From positions 2,176,001 to 2,240,000 of the forward strand of contig OZ242326.1 in assembly GCA_965208325.1 (NCBI GenBank): a stretch of 64,000 nt of DNA, read 5' to 3'. This document shows, one piece after another, positions 9,428 to 18,111 of this stretch. This stretch comes from Candidatus Poribacteria bacterium. GTDB lineage: Bacteria > Poribacteria > WGA-4E > PCPOR2b. The position numbers and the translations under genes were made by a program. Under the pieces are notes generated by a model, which did no database searches, was not told the origin of the DNA, and saw nothing but the letters and a program-made list of their open reading frames with translations. Position 1 is the stretch's first letter. Every line of letters begins with the position of its first letter.

Positions 9428-9988
9428 ATGCAATACGACGAGAATTCGCCATTCTACAAATTGCTCGCTACGAAGTATAAGGAGGACGAGGAAGACCTTG
9501 GCATAGCCATTATCGAATCTCATCCGGAAATCGCAACATTCGAATGGCCCGGTCCAGATGAAGAGGGGCAACCATTCATCGAAGGGAGTACGGCGCTGCA
9601 TTACGCCGCCAATGACGGAAAAGACAGGCTTGTCCTCAAACTTCTCGCGCATGGTGCGGACATCAATGCCAGCAATGCAAATTGGTATCGATCCGTGCTA
9701 TCTTGGGCCGCAAACAACGCGAGAATATCAACCATCCGTCTGCTTCTTGAAAACGGCGCCGACCCAAATTCGCTGGATGCGGTGCATGCCGCTGCTTACG
9801 GCGGATCGGCGTGCGGAGATGGTGAAGAGCAGGAATATGCCGAGTCGCTTAGAATCCTGATTGAAGCGGGCGCTGACATGAACGATCGAAGACATTATCA
9901 GAACCAAACACCGTTGCGCGTTGCTTTGAACAGCGGCAACAGAGGGGCAATTGAGTATTTGTCCAGTATTGGCGCCGCTGAAGTATAA
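9428..9988 (+). CDS. Ankyrin repeat protein
   Basis: GSTALHYAA...LLAHGADINA, LLLENGADPN, LIEAGADMN, QTPLRVA; GAAGGA RBS. Confidence 0.88.
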   Translation: MQYDENSPFYKLLATKYKEDEEDLGIAIIESHPEIATFEWPGPDEEGQPFIEGSTALHYAANDGKDRLVLKLLAHGADINASNANWYRSVLSWAANNARISTIRLLLENGADPNSLDAVHAAAYGGSACGDGEEQEYAESLRILIEAGADMNDRRHYQNQTPLRVALNSGNRGAIEYLSSIGAAEV

Positions 9989-10158
9989 ATCCAGACTAAC
10001 CCACTGACACAAGCAGTGATTTTCTTTTCGTTGCATGAGGGTCATTTGAGTTGTTTATGTCTGTCGTACGGTTTAGGCAGTTCTTCGACGCGCTAATCCC
10101 AAAACCCTGAGACTACGGAATTTGTTTATTCATCAAGTAAGATTAGGAGATTTCAATC

Positions 10159-10890
10159 ATGAGTAACGCCAAGGCACTAATGCCGCTCGGTTTAATACTC
10201 GCGCTTGGCCTTGTAATATCGACCTACCTCGTCACCAGATTTGCGCGAGAGGTCGTCATGGCTCATCAAATCATAAAGGTCAGGGGATACGCCGAAATCC
10301 CCGTCGAGTCGGATTTGGCGATATGGCATATCACCGTTAAAGCGAAAGACAGAGATTTGGCAAAGGCATATCCCGTACTTGCCTCACATCGCGAAGCAGT
10401 GATAGCTTTTCTGAAAGAAAACGGCGTGAATTCTGAGGAGACGAAAATCTCTCCAGTCCAAGTACGCGAGCACAATATACGCACCGAAAACGGCCATGAA
10501 ACAAGCGAGATTGAGGCATTCCAGCTTTCTCAGGACATTACGGTCAACTCGAAGGACGTGCACAACATATCAAAAATTGCGACATCAATAGCCGAACTGC
10601 TTGGACGAGGCGTAAACTTTAAGACGGAAATGCCAGGCTATTACTTTACGGGTGTCAACACACTAAAGAGTACGCTGCTCGTGGAGGCAACAAAAGACGC
10701 ACGGATGCGGGCGAAGACGTTGGCTGAGGGCAGCGAAGCTAATCTGGGACCGCTCCGCGCCGCACGTCAAGGCATATTTAGCGTTCAGTCAGCGTACTCG
10801 AGCAGCATTGCAGAAGAAGCCAGTGATGATGTCTGGTCTATTGCGAAGAAAGTCACTGCCGTTGTAACGTTCGACTATATTATGCGGTGA
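10159..10890 (+). CDS. SIMPL (DUF541) domain protein
   Basis: N-terminal TM; IKVRGYAEIPVESDLAIW; EATKDARMRAKTLA...LGPLRAARQGIFSV. Confidence 0.85.
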   Translation: MSNAKALMPLGLILALGLVISTYLVTRFAREVVMAHQIIKVRGYAEIPVESDLAIWHITVKAKDRDLAKAYPVLASHREAVIAFLKENGVNSEETKISPVQVREHNIRTENGHETSEIEAFQLSQDITVNSKDVHNISKIATSIAELLGRGVNFKTEMPGYYFTGVNTLKSTLLVEATKDARMRAKTLAEGSEANLGPLRAARQGIFSVQSAYSSSIAEEASDDVWSIAKKVTAVVTFDYIMR

Positions 10891-10997
10891 ATGCGTGACA
10901 CACCTTCACGACGTCTAAATTAAGAGGGTTTTGTTGCCATCCGGTGTTTGTCCGTAATTCATACAACAACCAGACTCGGAGGCATTTAACAGCCAAA

Positions 10998-12017
10998 ATG
11001 AGCGAAAAAGAGGTATTAATATTCACTGACGGCGCCTGTATCGGCAACCCGGGTAAGGGTGGATACGGCGTTGTGCTCTGTTATAATGGAAACCAGAAGC
11101 AGTTATCCGGAGGGTTCCGTCTCACGACAAACAATCGGATGGAAATCATGGCGGCAATTGTCGGATTGGAGGCGTTAAAGTCCCCGTGCACAGTTACGCT
11201 GTACACGGATTCAAGATACCTCGCCGACGCAATCACCAAAGGGTGGGCGCGGCGATGGCGAGCAAAGGGATGGTGGAGAACGGACAAAGAAAAAGCCTTA
11301 AACGCCGACCTGTGGACGAGATTGCTGGATTTGTGCGAGCAACATAATGTCAAATTCCGCTGGATTAAAGGGCACGCAGGACATGAATGGAATGAGATTT
11401 GCGATAAGATTTCAAAGGAAGCAGCAGGTGCTCCAAACCTTCCAGAAGATGGTGGGTATACTGTAGAACCTAGCACAGGGGAAGAGAATGCGAATTTACA
11501 TCGCTGTGTTCAATTTAACGGGAAAAGTTATACTTGGGATTCGGTGAATTGGTACGAGACCGAGACGCATTTAAGACCACCTGTGTCGGTGATTTCTGAG
11601 CTAAACAAGCGTTTGTTACCTTTATTGGAGGAAGAAGACCAACAAACCAAGGATTTCCATGCCCTGCTTGTCAGTGCAAAGAAAGCTCGAGACTCCAAAC
11701 AGTACGTAAGAGCGGAAAAACTTGCTCGACGTGCGGTTAAATTGTCTCCTAGTGACGTTGGTGCATCTGCTGTGCTTTCGTCTTGTCTTCGTGCCCAAGG
11801 AAGTTCAAGAGAAGCTCTTAAGGTAACAGAACGTTTTAAGTTTGCGCTTTACTTGCCACTGCTGAGTACGCGCGTGGCTGCATTATGTGACCTTAACAGA
11901 TGGGAAGAGGCGAAGCAAGCGGTTGACCGTGCGGTTGCTATCGGAACGAACAAAGAAAAATTCTCTGAAATAGTCGAACGGATAAGGGAAGCTAAACCTG
12001 AGCTTTACGACGAGTGA
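10998..12017 (+). CDS. rnhA: Ribonuclease HI with C-terminal TPR-like extension
   Basis: [48 protein letters not shown], then about 185 extra residues with helical repeats. Confidence 0.85.
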   Translation: MSEKEVLIFTDGACIGNPGKGGYGVVLCYNGNQKQLSGGFRLTTNNRMEIMAAIVGLEALKSPCTVTLYTDSRYLADAITKGWARRWRAKGWWRTDKEKALNADLWTRLLDLCEQHNVKFRWIKGHAGHEWNEICDKISKEAAGAPNLPEDGGYTVEPSTGEENANLHRCVQFNGKSYTWDSVNWYETETHLRPPVSVISELNKRLLPLLEEEDQQTKDFHALLVSAKKARDSKQYVRAEKLARRAVKLSPSDVGASAVLSSCLRAQGSSREALKVTERFKFALYLPLLSTRVAALCDLNRWEEAKQAVDRAVAIGTNKEKFSEIVERIREAKPELYDE

Positions 12018-12145
12018 CGGATTCACAGACATAGACCCTAACAAGGTATTGCAGATTAGGACTGGAAGTGCAGTTTTATTTACTAGTGTTTTCAGAAAAG
12101 TGTGCATTCTGGTCTATCACATTCAGCTCACAGGGAATCAGCGTA

Positions 12146-12517
12146 ATGATTAAAAAAATTGCAACATCGGCGGTCTATGTGGCGGATCAAGATAAAGCCG
12201 TACAGTTTTGGGGGAAACAGGTGGGTTTTGAAATACGCCGCGATTTACCGATGGGATCCGAAGCCAGATGGATTGAAATGGCGCCGCCGGGCGCCGAATC
12301 CTGCATCGTCATTTACCCAAAAACCATGATGGAGGATTGGGCTGAACGGAAGCCGTCCATGGTATTTGAGTGCGATGATATAGAACAAACTCACAGGGAG
12401 ATGGCTGATCGGGGCGTCGAATTTTCTCAAGAGCCTAAGGAGATGCCGTGGGGTATGTTCGCCATCTTTTTGGATCCTGAGGGCAATTGGTACGGTTTGC
12501 GCGAAGCATCCAAATAA
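12146..12517 (+). CDS. VOC/glyoxalase family protein
   Basis: VYVADQDKAVQFW, RWIEMAPPG, RGVEFSQEPKEMPWG...FLDPEGN. Confidence 0.88.
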   Translation: MIKKIATSAVYVADQDKAVQFWGKQVGFEIRRDLPMGSEARWIEMAPPGAESCIVIYPKTMMEDWAERKPSMVFECDDIEQTHREMADRGVEFSQEPKEMPWGMFAIFLDPEGNWYGLREASK

Positions 12518-12563
12518 AACACGCAATCTTCACTCGCGCTGCTGAAATCTGTGACCCCTTACC

Positions 12564-15395
12564 TCACTTTGCCGACATCCAATTGTCGCCAATCCCAACC
12601 TCCGTCCGAAGGGGAACTCGTAACGCCATCGCGCCTTCCATCTCCTCGCGCACCACGGCTGCATGTGCGTCAGCGACCGATTCAGGTGTTTCATATACCA
12701 ACTCGTCGTGAATCTGCAGCAGCAGTTTCAACGGTAAACTGTCTCCATCAATGCGCTCCTGCACGTTCACCATCGCCGCTTTAATTAAGTCTGCCGCGCT
12801 TCCCTGAACCACCGTGTTGAACGCTAAACGTTCGCCCTGGCTCTGGCGGTGCCGGTTCGAGGAGTGAATCTCCGGGATAGCGCGCCGCCGTCCGGTGAGC
12901 GTGCAAACATATCCGTGTTCCAACGCCTGTTGAATACACCGATTCAAGAAAATCTCGATTCCCGGAAAGCGTTCCTTGTAGTCGTTAATCAACGCCGTAG
13001 CGGTCTTTACGTCCATACCCTTAATCCGCCGCGCGAGTCCAAACGGGGATACTCCATAGATGATGCCAAAATTAATCGTCTTCGCACGGTCGCGCTGTTC
13101 CCGCGTCACGCTCTCAGTCGGGACGCCGTACACCTGCGAAGCCACGGACGTGTGAATATCGAGTCCTTTCTCAAACACCTCAATCAAGCCAGGGTCTTCG
13201 CTGAAGTGGGCGAGCAATCGGAGTTCAATCTGTGAGTAGTCGGCGCAGATGAGTTTGTTGCCTTCCGGGGCTTTGAACGCCTTACGAAGTTGGCGTCCCA
13301 CCTCTGTCCGCACCGGGATATTCTGTAGGTTGGGCCCGTGCGACGCCAACCTCCCGGTGGCAGTGGTGAGTTGATGGAATGTGGCGTGAATGCGCCCCGT
13401 CTCCTTGTTTACTGCGCTCCGCAGTTGGTCAAGGTAGGTGCTAGTCAATTTGGTAAGTTGGCGGTACTCAATAATGAGACGCGGTATCGTCGTGTGCGGC
13501 TGATTCAAGTCCTCCTGCGCTGTGAGCCGTTCCAACACAGTCACGTCCGTACCCCACCGGCCGCTCTTCGTCCGTTTCACCGGCTCAAAACCGAGCTTTT
13601 CGAATAGCACCTCGCCAAGTTGCTGCGTGGACTCCAGATGGAATTCGCCGCCGGCGAGCTCCCAAATTTCCGTGCGGAGTGCGTTGATTCGCTCGTTGAT
13701 AATTTCGCCTTGCCGCGCCAACTCCTCCGGATCGCAGACAACGCCGTTGAACTCAATTTCCGCAATGATTGGCGCGAGCGGTGATTCAATGTCGCGTACA
13801 AGGGCAGTAATGCCCATCTCCTCCAACTTGGGCAGTAGGTGGTGATATAAGCGAAGCACGATGTCAGTGTCCTCGGAGGCATAGGTCGTAACCTGCGCCA
13901 ACGGAATCGTGTCGATAGCTCTCTCTTCCTCACCCTCACCTATCAGGTCAGCGATTGGAATCATTTTATAGTTAAGGTGAAGCAAGGCGACGGTATCCAG
14001 CCGGTGCCCCGGTTGTTCCGGATCGATTAACAGGCTGGCGAGCATCGTATCAAAAACGACACCGCGCAGCTTAGCACCGTTTCGCAGCAGCACGTGCGCA
14101 TCAAACTTCAGATTATGACCGCACTTGGGCAGGTTGCTGTCTTCCAAAATCGGTTTCAGGGCATTTATGACAGTTTCAGTGTCAAGGTGCTCGCTCGGAT
14201 TTGGTGAGCGAACCGGGACATAAACACCGTGACCGGGCTGCCATGAGAAACTCAAACCGCAGAGCGCTGCGTCTCGCCCCAAACTGGTCGTCTCCGTATC
14301 AACGCTGACAATGGGCTGATCACGGAGTGCCGCCGCGAGTTCCTCCAACTGTTCCGGTGTCGTGATAGCGGTGTAGGTACCTGTGCTGGCGGTGCCGTAA
14401 TCGCCTTTTTCCAGAATCGCTGTCGTTTGCTCTTCCAAAACTGCGACCCGCTCCTTCCTTGTCGTGGGAGTGGGAACTTTCGCGGAAACCGCCGGTTCGG
14501 TGCCATCGGTTAGTTGCTCCAACTCCCTCCGAAACCGGTTAAATCCTAACTGCTCAAACAGCAGCATAAGCTTCTGGCGGTCAATGGAGTCGACCCGCGC
14601 TTGATCTAGCGAAAACGGGAAGTCGGCGTCGCGTTTCAGTGTCACAAGGGTACGCGAAAGGGGCAAATGGGCACGTGCCTTGTCAAGATTTTCTCGACGT
14701 TTGCCTTTAATTTTGTCAATATTCTCGAATATACCGTCAATCGATCCAAAATCTTGTATCAGTTTGGCGGCGGTTTTTGGCCCAATGCCTTCAACACCGG
14801 GGACGTTGTCCACTTTATCGCCCATCAATGCGAGCAAATCAACCACTTGCGCCGGTGTTATGCCTTTATCCGTTTGCAGCGATTCCGCATCAATTGTAGC
14901 GTCTGAATGTATATCAAACATTGTAACGCGATCGCCGAGGAGTTGCTCAAGATCTTTGTCTTTAGAGACGATGCGGATTCGGAGACTGTTGCATGAGGAG
15001 TCGTCAAGTACGCGTTGGGTAATTGTGGCGATGACATCGTCGGCTTCTAATCCCGGCACACCGACGATTGGGATACCGAATAGTTCGGTTACCTCCAGAA
15101 TTCGAGGTATCTGTGAGATGAGGTCGTCCGGGGTAGTCTCGCGAGTACCTTTGTACTCGTCATAGAGATCGTCGCGAAAGGTCTTGCCGGGCATATCAAT
15201 TGCGGCTACAACATAGTTTGGGCGAAACTGAGAGAGGAGTTTAAACAACATACCCGTGAAGCCGAAGACGGCGTGGGTCGGTTCTCCCGTAACAGAACTG
15301 CGCAATCCACCGCGAATGGCGTAATACGCGCGGAAAATCTGGGCGTGCCCATCAATTAGATATAGCGTTTCAACCGGTTCATGTTCTGCTTCCAT
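12564..15395 (-). CDS. polA: DNA polymerase I
   Basis: 5'-3' exonuclease (LIDG, EADDVI, DKD), 3'-5' exonuclease (DTET, HNLKFD, YASED), polymerase motifs DYSQIELR, AKTINFGIIYG, LQIHDEL. Confidence 0.98.
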   Translation of the reverse strand: MEAEHEPVETLYLIDGHAQIFRAYYAIRGGLRSSVTGEPTHAVFGFTGMLFKLLSQFRPNYVVAAIDMPGKTFRDDLYDEYKGTRETTPDDLISQIPRILEVTELFGIPIVGVPGLEADDVIATITQRVLDDSSCNSLRIRIVSKDKDLEQLLGDRVTMFDIHSDATIDAESLQTDKGITPAQVVDLLALMGDKVDNVPGVEGIGPKTAAKLIQDFGSIDGIFENIDKIKGKRRENLDKARAHLPLSRTLVTLKRDADFPFSLDQARVDSIDRQKLMLLFEQLGFNRFRRELEQLTDGTEPAVSAKVPTPTTRKERVAVLEEQTTAILEKGDYGTASTGTYTAITTPEQLEELAAALRDQPIVSVDTETTSLGRDAALCGLSFSWQPGHGVYVPVRSPNPSEHLDTETVINALKPILEDSNLPKCGHNLKFDAHVLLRNGAKLRGVVFDTMLASLLIDPEQPGHRLDTVALLHLNYKMIPIADLIGEGEEERAIDTIPLAQVTTYASEDTDIVLRLYHHLLPKLEEMGITALVRDIESPLAPIIAEIEFNGVVCDPEELARQGEIINERINALRTEIWELAGGEFHLESTQQLGEVLFEKLGFEPVKRTKSGRWGTDVTVLERLTAQEDLNQPHTTIPRLIIEYRQLTKLTSTYLDQLRSAVNKETGRIHATFHQLTTATGRLASHGPNLQNIPVRTEVGRQLRKAFKAPEGNKLICADYSQIELRLLAHFSEDPGLIEVFEKGLDIHTSVASQVYGVPTESVTREQRDRAKTINFGIIYGVSPFGLARRIKGMDVKTATALINDYKERFPGIEIFLNRCIQQALEHGYVCTLTGRRRAIPEIHSSNRHRQSQGERLAFNTVVQGSAADLIKAAMVNVQERIDGDSLPLKLLLQIHDELVYETPESVADAHAAVVREEMEGAMALRVPLRTEVGIGDNWMSAK

Positions 15396-15686
15396 GTTTG
15401 TATCCTTCAGTAATTGAAACTACAGCGCGATTTACAGCCTTTTCGATTGGGAATTATTTCACACTTTGCTATAATGCTAAAGTTTGGACAATTGAGGTGA
15501 ACTGAGATTTTATCCGCTCGGCAATCTGTCAGGAGTTTCAAAGGGAAATCATTCCATCCCGTTTACTGCATAAACGGTATTTTAACCGAATCGGCTATAA
15601 AACGCAACCCACAAAGCTTCGCTCATTTCCGAGCATTCAAAGCCGGTGTGCGAGACAGTTTGGAATACATACGGGGAGAACCATAG

Positions 15687-16019
15687 TTGAAGAATGAACC
15701 TAAAAAAGCCATACTGGATGACTTCTTTTCCAAGAATGATGATGTACGCGCCGGGCAGATGTTCGGCTATCCGGCATATTACGTCGGGCGTTCGATGTTC
15801 GCTTGCCTCTACGAGGGGGTGGTCGGTTTAAAGCTACCGGAAACGATGGCGAATGAAGCGAGGGAGAAGAAGGAAATCACCTATTTTCAGCCTTATGGAA
15901 AACCCAAAATGCGGGAATGGGTTCAACTTGATTTCGACTCGGAAGGAGACCTAGACCGGCAAAAAATCCTCCTGGATGCCGCGATAGCGTATGCGCAAAC
16001 GAGAAGAAGCAAGAAATGA
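15687..16019 (+). CDS. TfoX/Sxy N-terminal domain family protein
   Basis: GQMFGYPAYYVGRSMFACL...KPKMREWVQL; GGAG RBS before TTG. Confidence 0.75.
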   Translation: MKNEPKKAILDDFFSKNDDVRAGQMFGYPAYYVGRSMFACLYEGVVGLKLPETMANEAREKKEITYFQPYGKPKMREWVQLDFDSEGDLDRQKILLDAAIAYAQTRRSKK

Positions 16020-16156
16020 AGGGCTAATTGCAGGGAGATTTCGGTTGGAAGTCATTTCTGCGTTTGAGATTGCAACACTAAGCCGCTTAAAATGAAAAAG
16101 GTCTGCACAATAAATGGCAGACCCTTTTCTTACTAACGAAATGCGAATCTATAGAC

Positions 16157-16729
16157 TCAAGGGAGTTGGGTGAAGACACTGTCTTTACCCGGCACAGCTT
16201 CATCATTAACCTTGCTGTGGCAGGCGTGACAGCCGAGAGCCCTATTTCCGTCCACATCGCCAGCAACACCAATGAATACGGCATCTGCAGAGTCGCGCTG
16301 ATACTGGATGTATTTCCAATTATTGTGGTCGGCATACATCGCATCGTCCACTTTCCACATAACCGCGACACGCCAGACGAAAGTGTTGTCGTCATCCATG
16401 ATTTCCTTGACAATCGTGGTTCCGCTATGAAAGGTTTGCTCACTCGTATCTTCCAAGGTTTCGACGCCAGTCGAGTTGATATAGACGGTTCGGGTTCCCG
16501 CACCGTGTGCGCTGCCGCTGTCCTGCGGCATTTCAAATTCCGCGGGCGGCGCGCCAAGTTCAACGCTCCTCCAAGACTCGTACCCCGCTATATCTGACGG
16601 GAGGCCTGCTGCCAGCATCTGTTCGGCCTCATCGTCCATTTCGGGCTCATCGTCTTCTGAATCGCCGCACGCAACGAATACAACACAGCCAATCAAAATT
16701 GCAATTAATGCACTTTTTCGATTTAGCAT
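16157..16729 (-). CDS. Cytochrome P460 family lipoprotein
   Basis: Lipobox VFVAC; TVYIN, FHSGTTIVKE, VMWK, WKY; C-terminal heme motif CHACH followed by DSVFT. Confidence 0.8.
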   Translation of the reverse strand: MLNRKSALIAILIGCVVFVACGDSEDDEPEMDDEAEQMLAAGLPSDIAGYESWRSVELGAPPAEFEMPQDSGSAHGAGTRTVYINSTGVETLEDTSEQTFHSGTTIVKEIMDDDNTFVWRVAVMWKVDDAMYADHNNWKYIQYQRDSADAVFIGVAGDVDGNRALGCHACHSKVNDEAVPGKDSVFTQLP

Positions 16730-17108
16730 CGCGAATCCTCCTTCCTGTATATTTTTATAAAGACCACACTGTTGTCAATCTGCGTGAATAGCCAAACTTA
16801 TACCCCATAACAGTTTTCAACCTTCGTAGATTCTGTAGCGCAGAACCAAGCCATTTTGAATTTAGATTCATAATCAATTGATTGGGGCTTGGCTATTTCT
16901 TGACAAACGGCGCATAGTATACACTATGCGTTTGTTGAAATCAACCGAAAATCCATTCACTGTTTTCAGTGGTTTTCCCAACCACCACCCGAATTCTGCG
17001 GCTGTCGCATCGCGTCCGATTTGCTTGACGAAGTCCCATTTGTGCGACAAAAATTGTCCGCGGCGCAGACTGGAAGCGGACTTGAATTTTGACCAAGTCG
17101 TGTAAAAG

Positions 17109-17148
17109 GTCTGAATCAGGATACTCAGGATTAGGGGATTTTCAGGAT
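17109..17148 (+). repeat. Dispersed ~40-bp intergenic repeat (9-bp periodic GGAT), copy A
   Basis: GTCTGAATCAGGATACTCAGGATTAGGGGATTTTCAGGAT. Confidence 0.85.
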
Positions 17149-17158
17149 GACAAGACTT

Positions 17159-17504
17159 GTAGGTTGGGTAGAGCGGATTCATCCAAAATTCGCCCATTAA
17201 AACCAACCACCCAGTCAACCGCACCGCGTACAAAACTCAATCGATGGAGCGAAACCCAACGTTTTTGAAACGTCTCGATTGCCGAACGGCAGACGCCAAC
17301 GCCAGAACAGCTGGAATAATGAAAAACAATGAGAGTATGCGGAATTCGGAGCGGTGTTTTGGATTCGGGAGTTGATAGGGTTGCCGGAGGTTATAAAAAG
17401 CGTTGGGTTTCGCTCCGCGTGTGTTGACAACAGCATCATTAAAAACTCGGAACGGTAAATTTCTACCAGAACCGTTTTGGGATTATTCGCTCTACCCAAC
17501 CTAC
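17159..17504. repeat. REPIN/MITE-like element with nested inverted repeats, copy 1
   Basis: Outer IR GTAGGTTGGGTAGAGCG (17159) / CGCTCTACCCAACCTAC (17488); inner IR GGAGCGAAACCCAACG (17246) / CGTTGGGTTTCGCTCC (17401); interior homologous to 24266-24646. Confidence 0.85.
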
Positions 17505-17628
17505 AAAAACTGATTAATTGCGGTGCGACCCGTTTGGAATACAGACGCATATTCAACGACAATACGATTCCCATCAGTACAAAATTAGACGGGAAGCACG
17601 TATAATTTCGGACGAAGTCGTGTAAATT

Positions 17629-17861
17629 GTCTGAATCAGGATACTCAGGATTAAAGGATTTTCAAGATTGAATCTATGTGTTTCGGTTCATTGTCCAGAC
17701 GACTCCTTTATTTTGAGCAATCTAGTTCAGAAAAGTCACAGAATCGCCTCCCATTTTTTTCGAATCTTCATTAACGGGATTAGAGGATTTACAGAATTGA
17801 TTTTATCCGTCACAAATTGTTATCCTGAAAATCCTCTAATCCTGAGTATCCTGATTCAGAC
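17629..17861. repeat. ~40-bp repeat copies B (17629-17668, +) and C (17822-17861, -) forming an inverted pair
   Basis: GTCTGAATCAGGATACTCAGGATTAAAGGATTTTCAAGAT ... ATCCTGAAAATCCTCTAATCCTGAGTATCCTGATTCAGAC. Confidence 0.85.
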
Positions 17862-18111
17862 AAATTTCAGTTTCCGTAGGTTGGGTTAAACCGTGTTGAC
17901 GTAAAAATGCAGGTATTACGTTTGGAAATACTGCTTTGATTGCATTAGATATTATGATTGATATAGCATATCCCAACGGTTTTTGATTCTTAATACGGAA
18001 TAAAATTGTCATGTCTGCGATAATTCATCTCCCAAGCGCGTCATAATATATAGAAGGCGATTGAATTGACAAACGCCAACAACACATGCACTGGCATCGG
18101 GAGCGAAAAAA

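Noticed and set aside
17109..17861. ~40-bp repeats as a degenerate CRISPR
   Set aside because: Spacing is hundreds of bp and irregular, and orientation is mixed.
16874..17889. Short ORFs containing ENPLILSILIQT (also 21340-21594)
   Set aside because: Translations of the non-coding ~40-bp repeat; no RBS or domain evidence.
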